A stretch of DNA of 63,989 nt, counting the filler, from Phoronis australis (taxonomy: Eukaryota; Animalia; Phoronida): the NCBI GenBank assembly GCA_002633005.1. It is 10 parts of 10 records of this genome, joined end to end, with 100 filler letters (N's around TTAATTAATTAA, not from the genome) between each part and the next. Parts side by side here need not be neighbours in the genome. Positions count along the whole stretch, not along the records: positions 25,760 to 29,220 come from NMRA01003006.1; positions 29,321 to 32,708 come from NMRA01003047.1; positions 32,809 to 34,997 come from NMRA01003802.1; positions 35,098 to 45,454 come from NMRA01000635.1; 6 more parts are not named here. One strand, 5' to 3'. Numbering within the stretch: the first letter of the stretch is position 1; the number at the start of each line of letters is the position of its first letter. The notes under the pieces were generated by a model. That model searched no databases and had not been told where the DNA came from. It saw only the letters and a program-made list of their open reading frames with translations. The translations under genes and the position numbers were made by a program. This document shows, piece after piece, positions 26,691-37,956 of this stretch.

Positions 26691-26988
26691 GATTTACTTG
26701 CTAGTTTCTTGCGTTTACGGAACTTACCTATGGTCTTATTGTATTCCATATGAGCTTGGGAGGAACTGACCAGTAGTTACCGCTTGAGACCAGATTTACA
26801 TGAAGAACAAGTTGAGACTAGTTTTATAGTGGTCCAAATCAACAATTGTAACGAGTTAAGTGACGTAACTTATTCAGGGTTTCCAGTTTAGTCAAAACCC
26901 TGTGCTTGTAAAAACTGTGATTATATTGTTGAATGCTGCTTACACTTTCATTATAAGATCTAATCATTTGTCTTTTTTCCTACTTTAG

Positions 26989-27155
26989 ACTTCATGTGGT
27001 CGATATCAAACGATATCATTCTATCCTCGTCACTAGATGGCACTGCTCGCCTGTGGAAGGTAGCGAGTGGTGAATGTATTCGCGTTGTTCAGGATAGCTC
27101 TGGTGGCGAAGTGTGGTCGTGCACATTTCAACCTCTCAACAATAACATGTTTGTT
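26989..27155 (+). CDS. WDR13: WDR13 internal exon
   Basis: Encodes DFMWSISNDIILSSSLDGTARLW...CTFQPLNNNMFV in phase with the previous exon; followed by GTATCCTTT. Confidence 0.92.
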
Positions 27156-28012
27156 GTATCCTTTAAGAAGAAAGTTGACAAGATTTTTAAAAGATCTTTT
27201 TGTAAAGCAATAGTACCTTGTTATAACTAGAAGTGATACAGAGTAGAGACTCACGTGATGAAATTCCCATGCAACGCCATCTTTTGTTGGTTCTTGTTTT
27301 GGGGTGGAACTAATTCTTTTTGTTCTTTAATATGTGGAGTTAGTGTTCCTTATGATAAAGCCATGGATCATACAGAGTTCATGGATTACATAAACAAAAA
27401 GATTCCCCGTCGTATTTATTCCTGTTAAAAGTTTGCAGTTTTGGAAGTCACTTTACTGCCGTGTGGTCTTAAACAATAAGGAACGACCAGTTCTTCAAAT
27501 GTTCATAAATTTTTATTTCAAGAAAGGAACAAAGACTAAAAATTCGTTCTGCTGACAAGACCCTAAAAAGTGTGCACATATGCCTAACTTTGGAACATTA
27601 TATCTCATGGTTGATCGGAGGCATATGAAACATTCAGTTCTTGTGCTTGAGGCACCCCAAAACATTTTAGGAATTGTTTCCAAAATGTTCCACTTTTGCA
27701 TGAGGGGCTTTCTGAAATAGGACTTTTACGATCGTTGTGAAAGAACTCAAAAGTTGCATAAAAACAAAAATGAAAGGATAATTGAGAAAACTATAACATT
27801 TTTTGAGATTTTATCCCAAAGATTTCTGTTAAAACAAAACCTGTTCATGTTATTGATACCATTAATTTGCGATCAATTAATCTTTATTTTTTGCTAAGCA
27901 TTATGAATATGGTTACATGACCCAATTAATGACAAATTGGTAAAAGTAAAAAATTATACACGCTTTCTGACAAAAGAGAATTATTTTTAGTATCTTCTCA
28001 ACTCTATCTCAG
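27156..28012 (+). other. Putative U12-type (minor spliceosome) GT-AG intron in WDR13
   Basis: 5' splice site GTATCCTTT equals the U12 consensus. Branch-point-like CTTCTCAAC lies ~10 nt before the AG. Confidence 0.75.
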
Positions 28013-28072
28013 ATTGGTAACAGTAAGGCTACTGTGCAGGTAATGAATGTTTCCACAGGCAAGCCTGCTAAG
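28013..28072 (+). CDS. WDR13: WDR13 internal exon
   Basis: Encodes IGNSKATVQVMNVSTGKPAK; CAG acceptor and GTAAGG donor, phase 0. Confidence 0.9.
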
Positions 28073-28976
28073 GTAAGGTAACACAGCTGGTGATATGGTC
28101 AGTTATTCTTACGTATAGTATAAACAAGAATTATTATTATGTGATGTCAGCATGCTGATTTATTACAACACAATTATATGTTGTTAATTCTTTACTTATT
28201 TTGCATAAAAATATTTCCTTGAAAATTGTCATTTTCGTGTTTTTCATTGGCTGGATAGTTTGCTTTTAATATGGAAACTTTTACAAAATGTTGCTTTATG
28301 ACTTCTGCACAGTAGAATCCAAGCAACAGGACTAAAATTTTCTTAATTTTTATTTTTGCTGAGAAACTTGGCATAATAAACTTGTTGGTCATAAATAAAT
28401 GAAGATTTCCAATATTCACTGCTATGTATATGTTGCATTACAGAGAGCAGTTATTGCTGTCATTTAGTACATGCTTCTTTGTAGAGTCGATCTATGACAT
28501 TGCCCCCCTCTTTCTAGTTGCTAGCAAGAGGCCTGAGCCTCACCCAATGAAATTGGTGATGACTGAGGGGGGCATGAAATTGGTGACGGTTTTTGGTGAC
28601 GGGACTTTAATGGCTTCTGGTTGACACTGGTGCACCAAGGGCGACGAAAAACCCAGTGGTAAAACTGCCCCGTCATGATGAATACTTGTGTGGCCTGGGT
28701 AGCATCTGTATTACTGATCTATTCCCACACTCTGCCATCGAACTTCTGTCTCTTAAAAGACAACAACTAACTAGTCATGACAGTGGCACGTTGAAAAAAA
28801 TTTTGGTCACACACTTTTGTCACTTTTTGGTTGGGGTTTATTCAGAAAATCTTGTTTTGCAGTCAATACTGCTATTTGTTGTTGAGTTGATTAGTCTTTT
28901 AGTTTTTACAGATGCTGAGTCATTTCTATTGCGTTTGTAGCTTTGTATTATGTAACAGCATATTTTATCATTTCAG

Positions 28977-29119
28977 GGTGGTACAGGAAAGACTATGGGT
29001 CAAGTTTTGTGTGTGTGTTTTGATGCAGGGGGTCACATTCTGTGGGCTGGGGACGATAAGGGGTACATCTCGTCATTCATGTGTGATATGGGAACTGGAC
29101 GACTTAGTAAGGCAAAAAG
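28977..29119 (+). CDS. WDR13: WDR13 internal exon
   Basis: Encodes GGTGKTMGQVLCVCFDAGGHILWAGDDKGYISSFMCDMGTGRLSKAK, matching WDR13 LWAGDD...DMATGKLTKAK. Confidence 0.92.
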
Positions 29120-29518
29120 GTAGGTCAATCAGAAGGTGTGCTATCAGGTTAAGACCTGTATATAAGTGTCATCTAATATCCTATCATCATTTGAGTCCTA
29201 GAATCAGACGCCATTTTATTNNNNNNNNNNNNNNNNNNNNNNNNNNNNNNNNNNNNNNNNNNNNTTAATTAATTAANNNNNNNNNNNNNNNNNNNNNNNN
29301 NNNNNNNNNNNNNNNNNNNNAGTTAACGTTCGTGTGTGAATAAACTACACGTAGATTTCTTTATCTTGCACGTAGCTTTACATGTTTAATTATGTACTTT
29401 TCTTACACAGGCCTTACAGAAGCTGTTGCAAAATCCATGCTCAATTCCTTGAATTTGACAAACTGTGTCATGATTCACTTTTCCGATAAAGTGTACTTTA
29501 GAACAGACACTACCTTAA

Positions 29519-29869
29519 CGGGACATTATATTTTTTGCGGCTTGAATTTGCAATTTGGGGATTATAGTTGAATGGTGTAGGATTCTTGAGGTTATATTTA
29601 ACCAGAGTTATAGAACAACAACACAATCCGTTTTTTATTTGGGAATTTTTTACATATCGCCAATTCTCGCCGAGGTCTGCGAGACATTAACTGAAATCAA
29701 AGCAGATGTCTTTGCCGGCCCTATTTAAACGTGATATCATCATAATGCAGTCAAAACGTCACAATGTAATCAATACATCATTTAAAAATAGTTTAAAAAT
29801 ACTGTACTTTAAAGGGCGGGAAAGTAGGCTCAGCGGTAAACCTTCCGGTTGCTACAGCGAAATGTCCCT
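29519..29869. mobile_element. Kolobok-like MITE
   Basis: TTAA|CGGGACATT...AATGTCCCT|TTAA. Related sequence in inverted orientation at ~47120-47290. Confidence 0.55.
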
Positions 29870-30691
29870 TTAAAGCCTAATTGCGCTTGTATTCAAGTCA
29901 ATGTTTGATTTCACTGTGCAAATTAGTAATTCGAAAATCGATTAGAAAACCAAATTAAGATAGACAGTTAAAATGTTTGACTGCACCTTCTGGGACACAG
30001 TATTTGTTCATCTGTAAACACTGGACAACTCTCAAGTTACGTCAACCTAGCCTGAACTTGTGACCAGTGTGTTTTAAAACTCTAGATGGTGAAACACAGT
30101 ATATAGCTTATTGGGTAAGGATAAATTAAGAAAGATGACATCATTCGTTTTCATAAATACGGCTAACTGAAACTGTATTTTTATACATATAAAGTTTGAT
30201 TGACAGACTTTCCTTCAAATACGTTCAATTTCAGAGGCCAAACACGACGAAAACAACCAGTTTCCGTCCTGCTTAACATTTCAGTTTATTCCAGCCAGTA
30301 TTTTATGATAATGAAGACACCGCTAATGCGATAATTGTCTTCTTCAACACAAAGGAAGCTTAATGAACTTGCGTGACATCACGGGCGGACACCGACACCT
30401 AGAGAAACACTGTCCAACTACAAGATGCCACTGAACAGTCCGGTTTCCTAATAAATCTGGCACCATTCACGCAATTAATTATTTTCTAAATGGATAAAAA
30501 TAACTCAAGCTAAATGAAAATAAGGTTTTATTCGAAATAGTATCAAAATTTCTTTTTAATATTAAATATCTTTGTGTGAGTCGATAAAATCGTATACATG
30601 TAAAATAACATATTATGTATGAAAATAATTAATTTATATTCGTAATCATATGATTGTTATTGTAATCTTCGCATCAGTTTATTAACTTATG

Positions 30692-30916
30692 CATGCGCGC
30701 ACCGAGCCTTCGATATGGGGGGAGGGCTCGAATTCCCGACGTTGTGGACCATTTGCTAACAAAAGAGCGGGCGGACTAAAAAAGGGCAACCTCTGTGAAT
30801 TGCACGTTTGCGTTTATTTAGTGGACTTTTTGTCTCTCGGGGGCGGACCTTTTTGCTCACTTCGCCAATTTGGGGGGCTCGTTCGAGCCCCCCGACCACC
30901 CCTGGGTGCGCGCATG
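30692..30916. mobile_element. MITE with 5-bp TSD (hAT5-like)
   Basis: 12-bp TIR CATGCGCGCACC/GGTGCGCGCATG and TSD TTATG (30687-30691, 30917-30921). Confidence 0.8.
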
Positions 30917-31989
30917 TTATGTAATTGCGTATAATTGTAGATACATTTTGTATTTGTTTAGCCTCTTGACGCTTTCTGGGTCTGTATGTTTATTATACTG
31001 ACTATTTCATGATAAACATTAAAAAAAAACATTCACGCAAAATCGTAAGTTCTCAGTACTCCAACTGACAGAAAAAAGCGAGTAATTTGGACTTAGTAAC
31101 TGTACGATGGTACATATGAACAACAATTGAAAACATAACATTAATAATTCTGGATCATTGAACATAAATTCGTTCATTGTCAAAGGAAAATTAAAGACAA
31201 CTTTTCCGCTTCATTTTATTACAAATTTTATAAAACAAGTTTGAACACAAATTAGTTCACTTGCAACGTAAACCAAAGTAATGCTAATTCAAGACAAGTT
31301 AACATATTGACAGAATTGACTAAATTTAATATGAATTCTTTAAGTTAATTTTTATTTTGGTGGTGTACCACCAACTAAAATGACCCTCTTAGTGAGTGAC
31401 ATCTGACTCATGCATTATAAAGACACATTCAAGTGTCACCATGTGTTATGAAATTCCCGCGGGAACCCGACCACTAACAACTATGATTCATAGTAAAATA
31501 AGGCAAACACAGACAGAGCTGAAAGTTAGACATTGTTTATATTAAAGTAATACCTTTCGATTGATGACAGTCACCGTGTGATCTATACTGATGAATGTAA
31601 AGACAAAAAGTGTTACTGTTGTTCATGTCTCCTGGAGGGTGCGGTAAAAATTAAAAATAGAAGAGCACGCAGTGTTAGGAATGACCAGTTGTCGATTTGG
31701 GCAAATGGACGAAGAACTGCTCCAAGAAAAAGTTTCGAGAGTATTTGTTCGAGTTGAAATTAATTGAAAAATCGACGACCTCTTAAGGAGTCCCTCTGTA
31801 CGCAAAAGATGCTTATAACAACGTGGCCTTGTTCTTTTCATCAGCGTGAGACATAATTTATCGAAAAGCTTCCGGCGTATGCAGCAGCTAGTTATAAGAG
31901 CTTCAACATCTGGAAGGCCGGTCGAGACGGGAATCACTGTCTAGTCTACAACCGAGCCAGTGAATTAAAGTCAGGGGCCAACGACAACG

Positions 31990-32708
31990 ACTTATTTAAC
32001 GAAGCTCAGGCTGGTTTTAGAAAGGGGTATAGTACAATAGACCAAATTTTTACCTTACAAGGAATTGTTCATAAGTACTTGAGTAAGCGCAGGGGCAGAT
32101 TTTATGCTATATACGTGGATTTTTTCTCGGGCCTTTGACAGCATTTCACATAAATTTTTGTGGAATAGGCTTCAAAAAATAGGAATACATGGTAGTGTTT
32201 TAAAATTGATGAAAAGTATGTATTCAAAGCTAAGAGCGTGTGTAAGAACTGAGCGTGGGTTAACTGACTTTTTCAGTGGTACTCGCCAAGGGTGTATGCT
32301 TAGTCCTTTTTTATTTAGTATGTATTTGAACGAGTTTGTTGATTACTTAAGAGAATCTTTAATTAGCGGAATTTACGTAAATGAGAATGTGCCTCAAATT
32401 TGTATGTTGCTATACGCTGATGATATGGTTGGTTGTGCAGAGACAGCATTTAAACTACAGCAACAAATTAACGCTCTGCATGAATACTGTCAGGATTGGG
32501 GTATGAAAGTCAACCTTACAAAAACAAAAATAATGGTATTTAGAAAGGGCGGACCATTGAGAAAATACGAAAAATGGCATTTTGGAAATGACAAAATTGA
32601 TGTCGTCTCATCATATAAGTACCTGGGTATTTGCCTTACACCTAAGTTAGTCTGGACGCAAGCTACGGAAACTTTGTCTCACCAGGCACAGAAAGCAATT
32701 TTTTCAAT
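31990..32708 (+). mobile_element. Non-LTR retrotransposon RT fragment (RTE-X/CR1-group like), frameshifted and cut by a gap
   Basis: QAGFRKGYSTIDQIF, YVDF/SRAFDSISH, GTRQGCMLSPFLF, LLYADD and YKYLG motifs. Confidence 0.9.
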
Positions 32709-32808
32709 NNNNNNNNNNNNNNNNNNNNNNNNNNNNNNNNNNNNNNNNNNNNTTAATTAATTAANNNNNNNNNNNNNNNNNNNNNNNNNNNNNNNNNNNN
32801 NNNNNNNN

Positions 32809-33219
32809 TGTGGTTGACTGCACAGGCGCTTGAGTTTATCTGTTCCTCCATCACCACTAACGTCATTCATTACTAAGAAAACATACGTTTCTTATATATG
32901 GTTATTAGCCATCAAGAAATTCGAGCACCTGTGGTTAACTGGTGTTATGGGCATGCCGATGAGGAGATCGGAGGGAGTGAAAAAGTCGGAGCTTTTTGCA
33001 AGTTGTTTCAGTTTTTGATTCTGTGCGGATTGTTTTTAAATTTACTAAAATTACCCACCATCAAACATTTATGGCCCAATGAAACAACGACCTGTAAATT
33101 TTTATTTTTTTGAAGTACGAGCACCAGCCATTTTGAATTTAAATCAAACGCAACCACCCATAAATTTTTATTTCAGTTGCCTTTCCCCCCCTCCCACACA
33201 GATTTTGCTGGAACAGCCC
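32809..33219. mobile_element. Harbinger/PIF-type MITE, right part (same family as 46077-46613)
   Basis: Near-identical to 46205-46613; ends GGAACAGCCC followed by TTA. Confidence 0.85.
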
Positions 33220-33313
33220 TTATGGATTGTTGATAGATTTTTGCAATAATTTATATGATTTCACTGAGCAGTGATAAATGATCAGAAGTTTTCCATGAAT
33301 GCACTATAAATTA

Positions 33314-33533
33314 TGATCATATCGATATATTCATATCAACCAAGATCATATCGATATATTCATATCAACCATGATCATATCGATATATTCATATCAACCA
33401 TGATCATATCGATATATTCATATCAGCCAAGATCATATCGATATATNTCATATCGATATATTCATATCAGCCAAGATCATATCGATATATTCATATCAGC
33501 CAAGATCATATCGATATTTTCATATCAACCACA
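33314..33533. repeat. 29-bp minisatellite, ~7.5 units
   Basis: Unit ATCATATCGATATATTCATATCAACCAAG. Confidence 0.95.
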
Positions 33534-33780
33534 ATGAAGGAGCATAGCAGAAACACCAGAAATTATTTTCAATGTATAATTTATTATTACAAAACACGGA
33601 CCAACAATAAGCCCACTAATCTCTCCTGCACTTGTTGGTAGTCACACATTACAAATAAACGATATCACCACTGACTTTAGAATTGCATAATTAATGGTGA
33701 AAAGCACATTGACGGGCTGACCAAAGTACACTCGTGTACAAATTAACAACAGGTGCGTCTCCAGCACTGAAAGGCTAAAT

Positions 33781-33906
33781 TTAGCTCAAGTGAATTGAGC
33801 CAAGAAATTTAATTTTCTTATTCACATACTCCGCCATTTCCTTAGTTGTCTCTTGGTAACTCGTCTCTACCTTCTTTACTACATCTTGTTCAATTATACA
33901 CAGCTC
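33781..33906 (-). CDS. Terminal coding exon of unidentified gene
   Basis: TTTCAG acceptor, then ELCIIEQDVVKKVETSYQETTKEMAEYVNKKIKFLGSIHLS-stop. AATAAA downstream on the minus strand (~33585). Confidence 0.6.
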   Translation of the reverse strand, partial: ELCIIEQDVVKKVETSYQETTKEMAEYVNKKIKFLGSIHLS

Positions 33907-34624
33907 CTGAAAGTTGAAGAAAATAACACTTAAGTTACATAAGCCCTTATCAACAAGTCTGTGAATTAAGCAAAATATCTAGTGCAAAGTATTATAAATT
34001 TTAACCCCTGGGTAAAAGTATGTTTTCTGTAAAATTTGACTTTATACCAATCTTCCTTTAACTGGATAATGTGACCATGTCTGTGTAGTAAAATTAAGGT
34101 AAAAGGAAAGAATAGTTACAGCAAAACCACGGTATCAATAATTCATGAATTCTAGTAACTTCAGTAGCTACCATTTTCTTAAGTCACATTGTAAGGTGTC
34201 TAGCATACGCGCAAAACACCTTTCACTCGTGCGATTTTGTGTTTTCTTGCTTTCCCCCATCTACAGTATGCTGCCACGACCTCATGAAATTTTCCACGTT
34301 TTTTCTCCTATTTTAATGTCCCGTTTTCCAAACGTGGAAACTATTTTTGTCAATTCCAGGCTTAAATGCCTGCCTGAGTACAACCCGACTAGGGGAAAGT
34401 AGTGAGCTTTTTATATTCAGGCACTAGACTATCCACAATTTTCAATGGAACCCAATGCAAAACTGAAACACACAATTCATCCAATGTCAAGCAAGAAGCC
34501 ATACAAGCACAACTTCATAACAGTCTACATGAAGTTCAAAGACACTCAAGTGCAAACCTTTGACTCCACCTACCTGAGGTGAGAAGATACACTAGTACAA
34601 CTCACACAATGACCACATTCTTAC

Positions 34625-34771
34625 CTGACTGAAGGGACAAGTGCTGTCTAGACTGAGAACTGATATATCTGGCACTGTGGTGGGGTGGGTTTGCTGGAAC
34701 GCCTCTAGCAACTCTTTGGCAGCTGACTCCAGCCCTGACACTAAACTCTTGTAGCTTGTGAAAATGGCGGG
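34625..34771 (-). CDS. Penultimate exon of unidentified gene
   Basis: TTTCAG acceptor and CAG|GTAAG donor, 147 nt, phase 0/0. Open frame PAIFTSYKSLVSGLESAAKELLEAFQQTHP...CPFSQ joins 33906 in frame. Confidence 0.55.
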
Positions 34772-35097
34772 CTGAAACGGGAGGGCTTGCGTACAAAGGA
34801 CAACTTCACTACTTCAAAGCTGCAGCGGTAAACCTGTCTTCTAACACAAAACCAACCTTTCATTTAGACCAATCACTGTTTGAGATTGGTGTCACACTGT
34901 TCCTTTGTCAATCTGGAAATTTTCAGGTCTTCAAAATAATTGACAGTTTCTAACTGCTTGAGACCGGGCTCTACAAGCTGGCTTGTCACAGTGCATTNNN
35001 NNNNNNNNNNNNNNNNNNNNNNNNNNNNNNNNNNNNNNNNNTTAATTAATTAANNNNNNNNNNNNNNNNNNNNNNNNNNNNNNNNNNNNNNNNNNNN

Positions 35098-35262
35098 ATG
35101 GGCAACTGGTAAATATCTGAATGGTAATAGCCCTCACTCACTCATGGGCAACTGGTAAATATCTGAATGGTAATAGCCCTCACTCACTCATGGGCAACTT
35201 GTAACTATCTGAATGGTTAGCCTGCACTCACTAACAGGCAACTGCTAAGTAGTTGAATGGTT
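35098..35262. repeat. 46-bp minisatellite derived from the tRNA-like LTR segment
   Basis: Unit ATGGGCAACTGGTAAATATCTGAATGGTAATAGCCCTCACTCACTC, which grades into the LTR sequence GAATGGTTAGCACAC. Confidence 0.8.
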
Positions 35263-35700
35263 AGCACACTTGCTGGTTTAACGGAGTCGCTAGTTCCATT
35301 CCTGTGTTGGGAAATCTCCAATCTACAATTGGTGTAGTCGGCAAACGGATGGTATACCAAAGAAAAACTGCCAACTATAGCACTGCAGTGAACCTCCCCG
35401 AGCTGGCCTTATGGGTAACGAGTACTTACAACACAGGTCAAATACTTGTCAGTCCCAGTGTTCAAGACAGTACTCAGACCTCAGACAGCAGGCATGGCCA
35501 TGGGTATGGGGACGATAAAAGTTCCAGAGTTGAGGACCTGTATGATAAGACACCTTGTGTTCACCTGTATTGTGGTGCCAAAGTTGACGACCTGTGGGCT
35601 AGACAATCTGGTATTCACTGTTCTGTTAGCGCACCTGTTCTATAGGAAAGGAGGGAATTTTGTAGATACGCTTTCGGTGAATCATATGAGCCTCTGACAG
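35240..35700 (+). mobile_element. TRIM-like non-autonomous LTR element with tRNA-like LTR, decayed copy
   Basis: LTR end ...CTACA (35327), PBS TGGTGTAGTCGGC (35330), ~330-bp internal region similar to 39567-39760, PPT AGGAAAGGAGGGAA (35644-35657), then a partial LTR TGTAGAT.... Confidence 0.7.
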
Positions 35701-36323
35701 CATTAGACATTGAATGAATTATTGCAAAATGGAAACTGATGTCATTTATTTCTCAGATAAGATTATATAAAAATGTCAGATATTTAGGTACGTCCGATAT
35801 TTAGTCTGCAAATGACCTAACTCTTGATTTTGCAAAAAATGGGCTTGCTCAGTATGTATTAATTAACCCTTTATGCAACTTCTATAGTAATAGGCTAGAT
35901 TACCTGTCCTTGGAATAGAACCAACAATTTACCCCAATAGAACTGAACTGGCAGTGGCAAGTTTGCTAATCAAATTTGAAGCTAATAGATAATTGCCCTG
36001 GTTTCAATACATGCTGTTTGGTAAAGCTTGGTTTTAACTGGTCATAACAGTTCATCATACCACTAGTACCTCCGGCAAGCGACGTTGCACACTACAATTA
36101 GCCCAAATAGTAGTATACAATTTCCAACCGTCCTCAGCCTCTCACTCTCAGGCAGAGTCGGTCAGAAACCCTCCTGCAACGCCGAGCATGTCGCGGGACG
36201 AAAAGCGTATCAAGCTCTTTCAAATGAAAATGTTTTAGTGAAAAACGCAAAGCAAAACAACGTATTATTACATTGCCATGTACTTTGAAAACAAATTCTC
36301 GTCTTTTTTTGTCAAAAGGATAC

Positions 36324-36360
36324 TTTCCAGATAAAAAGGCCTGTCTTCTTCAGTCGCCAT
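36324..36360 (-). CDS. Possible first coding exon of a gene divergent from ORC2
   Basis: ATCATGGCG start, MATEEDRPFYLE, then GTATCCTTTT (U12-like donor). The frame could alternatively continue to a later donor. Confidence 0.4.
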
Positions 36361-36452
36361 GATTGTTGTTACTAGTAGGTTACCACGGGAAATTAAGGTA
36401 TGCGCAAGCGCAAACGTCTATCATTCGAGGTGTGGCGCTAAAGTCACTAAAG
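36361..36452. promoter_or_regulatory. Compact bidirectional housekeeping promoter
   Basis: Only 92 bp separates the divergent ATGs. NRF1-like TGCGCAAGCGCA (~36401-36412) and YY1-like AAGATGGC over the ORC2 start. Confidence 0.5.
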
Positions 36453-36555
36453 ATGGCCGCGTCCAGGGTGAAAAATGCGAAATGTGTTTATGTCGGCGAC
36501 GATGAAGTTTTCCAGCACATTGTCAACCTCGAAGGCTTAACACTAGACGACGCAA
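36453..36555 (+). CDS. ORC2: Origin recognition complex subunit 2, first coding exon
   Basis: Encodes MAASRVKNAKCVYVGDDEVFQHIVNLEG..., resembling the ORC2 N-terminus (VHFVGDDDVLNHILDREG); donor A|GTGAGT. Confidence 0.72.
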
Positions 36556-36791
36556 GTGAGTTAGATAGAGGTTAGATAGAGACAAGATTTAGAAAATACC
36601 TGTTGTAGTAATAGCCGAGCGTACCCGACACGGGAATCGAACCACTGCAACCCTGCGTGCTAACCATTCAGCTAATACGCAAGGCCCTTAGCGAGTAGCT
36701 AACAGAGGCTGATATGATTCATCGGAAGCACATCTATAACATTCTGTTAGCTACTCGCTAACGTGCAATTGTCTATCAGCTGAATGGTTAT

Positions 36792-37167
36792 TAGACAATA
36801 ACCCTTGGGTTTTTCTAACGATGCTTTATTAAGCAAGACGAATGTCCGTCTGAAACATACAAAATGAATATACAAATACTGTGAATTGAACTCTATATAA
36901 ACAACGAATGATAACTAATAATAACGGCTAATACACGTATGCGCCAGAAAATAAACAAAAGAACTCACCAGCACTTATCTGGTTTTGTGTAGAAATGTAC
37001 TGCGCAAACGTGAGGATGCTTTAATAGCTGGCGTGACACGAGAGCGCAATCGCGTGTCACGTAAACTATTCTCTACCTCCCCCCTAAGTTCCTTNGCAAA
37101 CGTGAGGACGCTTTAATAGCTGGCGTGACACGAGAGCGCAATCGCGTGTCACGTAAACTATTCTCTA
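36792..37167 (-). mobile_element. LTR-type insertion with TA...TA termini (collapsed at N 37095)
   Basis: Inverted termini TAGACAATA/TATTCTCTA and 5-bp TSD GTTAT. The LTR end is duplicated on both sides of the N, with a PPT-like CCTCCCCCC after the first copy. Confidence 0.6.
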
Positions 37168-37171
37168 GTTA

Positions 37172-37474
37172 TGTAGTAAATGTCGACATTAGTCTCAGCT
37201 GTGGCGTCTCTATGTGTGATGTCCTTTTCATGACAAAGTTGATTTTGGCCTGGTGCGATACCTGATGCCAGAAGTGCCCAGCAGAGGTCACACTGTCATC
37301 ATGTGACCAGTCACCTTTCAAGACCACGTGACAAGATCGTCTGGGCCTTCTGGAGTTTGCGGCCGTCCTGTGCGGACGTGCACGCCAGTACACTGTAGAC
37401 TTTACTCTTTCACCGTGTTCAATAGGCCGAACCTGCTTGACTGTGGCAGTAGCTGCAGCCATAATAATACAACA
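37172..37474. mobile_element. Solo LTR
   Basis: TGTAGTA...TACAACA termini and 4-bp TSD GTTA (37168-37171, 37475-37478). Removing it restores GAATGGTTAGCACG of the host LTR. Confidence 0.7.
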
Positions 37475-37956
37475 GTTAGCACGCTTGCCGGTTTTATGGG
37501 GGTCGCTGGTTCGATTCCCGGGTCGGGTTATATCGGCTATTACTACAGGTGCTCCTAAGTCTATATGATTCTGTTAGGTTCAGTCGGTACGTCCAAAAGA
37601 ATCATACCGCTCCAGTCCTCGTGCCAGCCTTTGTTTCGGCCGCAGGAATCCTGAATATTCATGTAGCGACCTCATTGGGCAGCACCGGCATAAGGGCCGG
37701 GACAGCCAACGTCGGCAATCACCAAGACACGCAACAGTCGTCTTCTGATGCTAACAGAGGGCGCGCGGTTAAAGGCCAGCGCAGCAGTGAGACACGTCAA
37801 ATAACGTCTCACTACAGAGCTGTAATGGTTAGCACGCTCGCCGGTTTTATGGGGGGTCGCTGGTTCAATTCCCAGACCTGGGTCGGGTAGTCTCGGCTAT
37901 TACTACAAATGGCGTAGTCGGCGAACGGATGATCTATTGATGAAAATCTAGTACCC

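Noticed and set aside
31623-31937. 104-aa ORF as a gene or Crypton fragment
   Set aside because: No convincing motif or splice structure.
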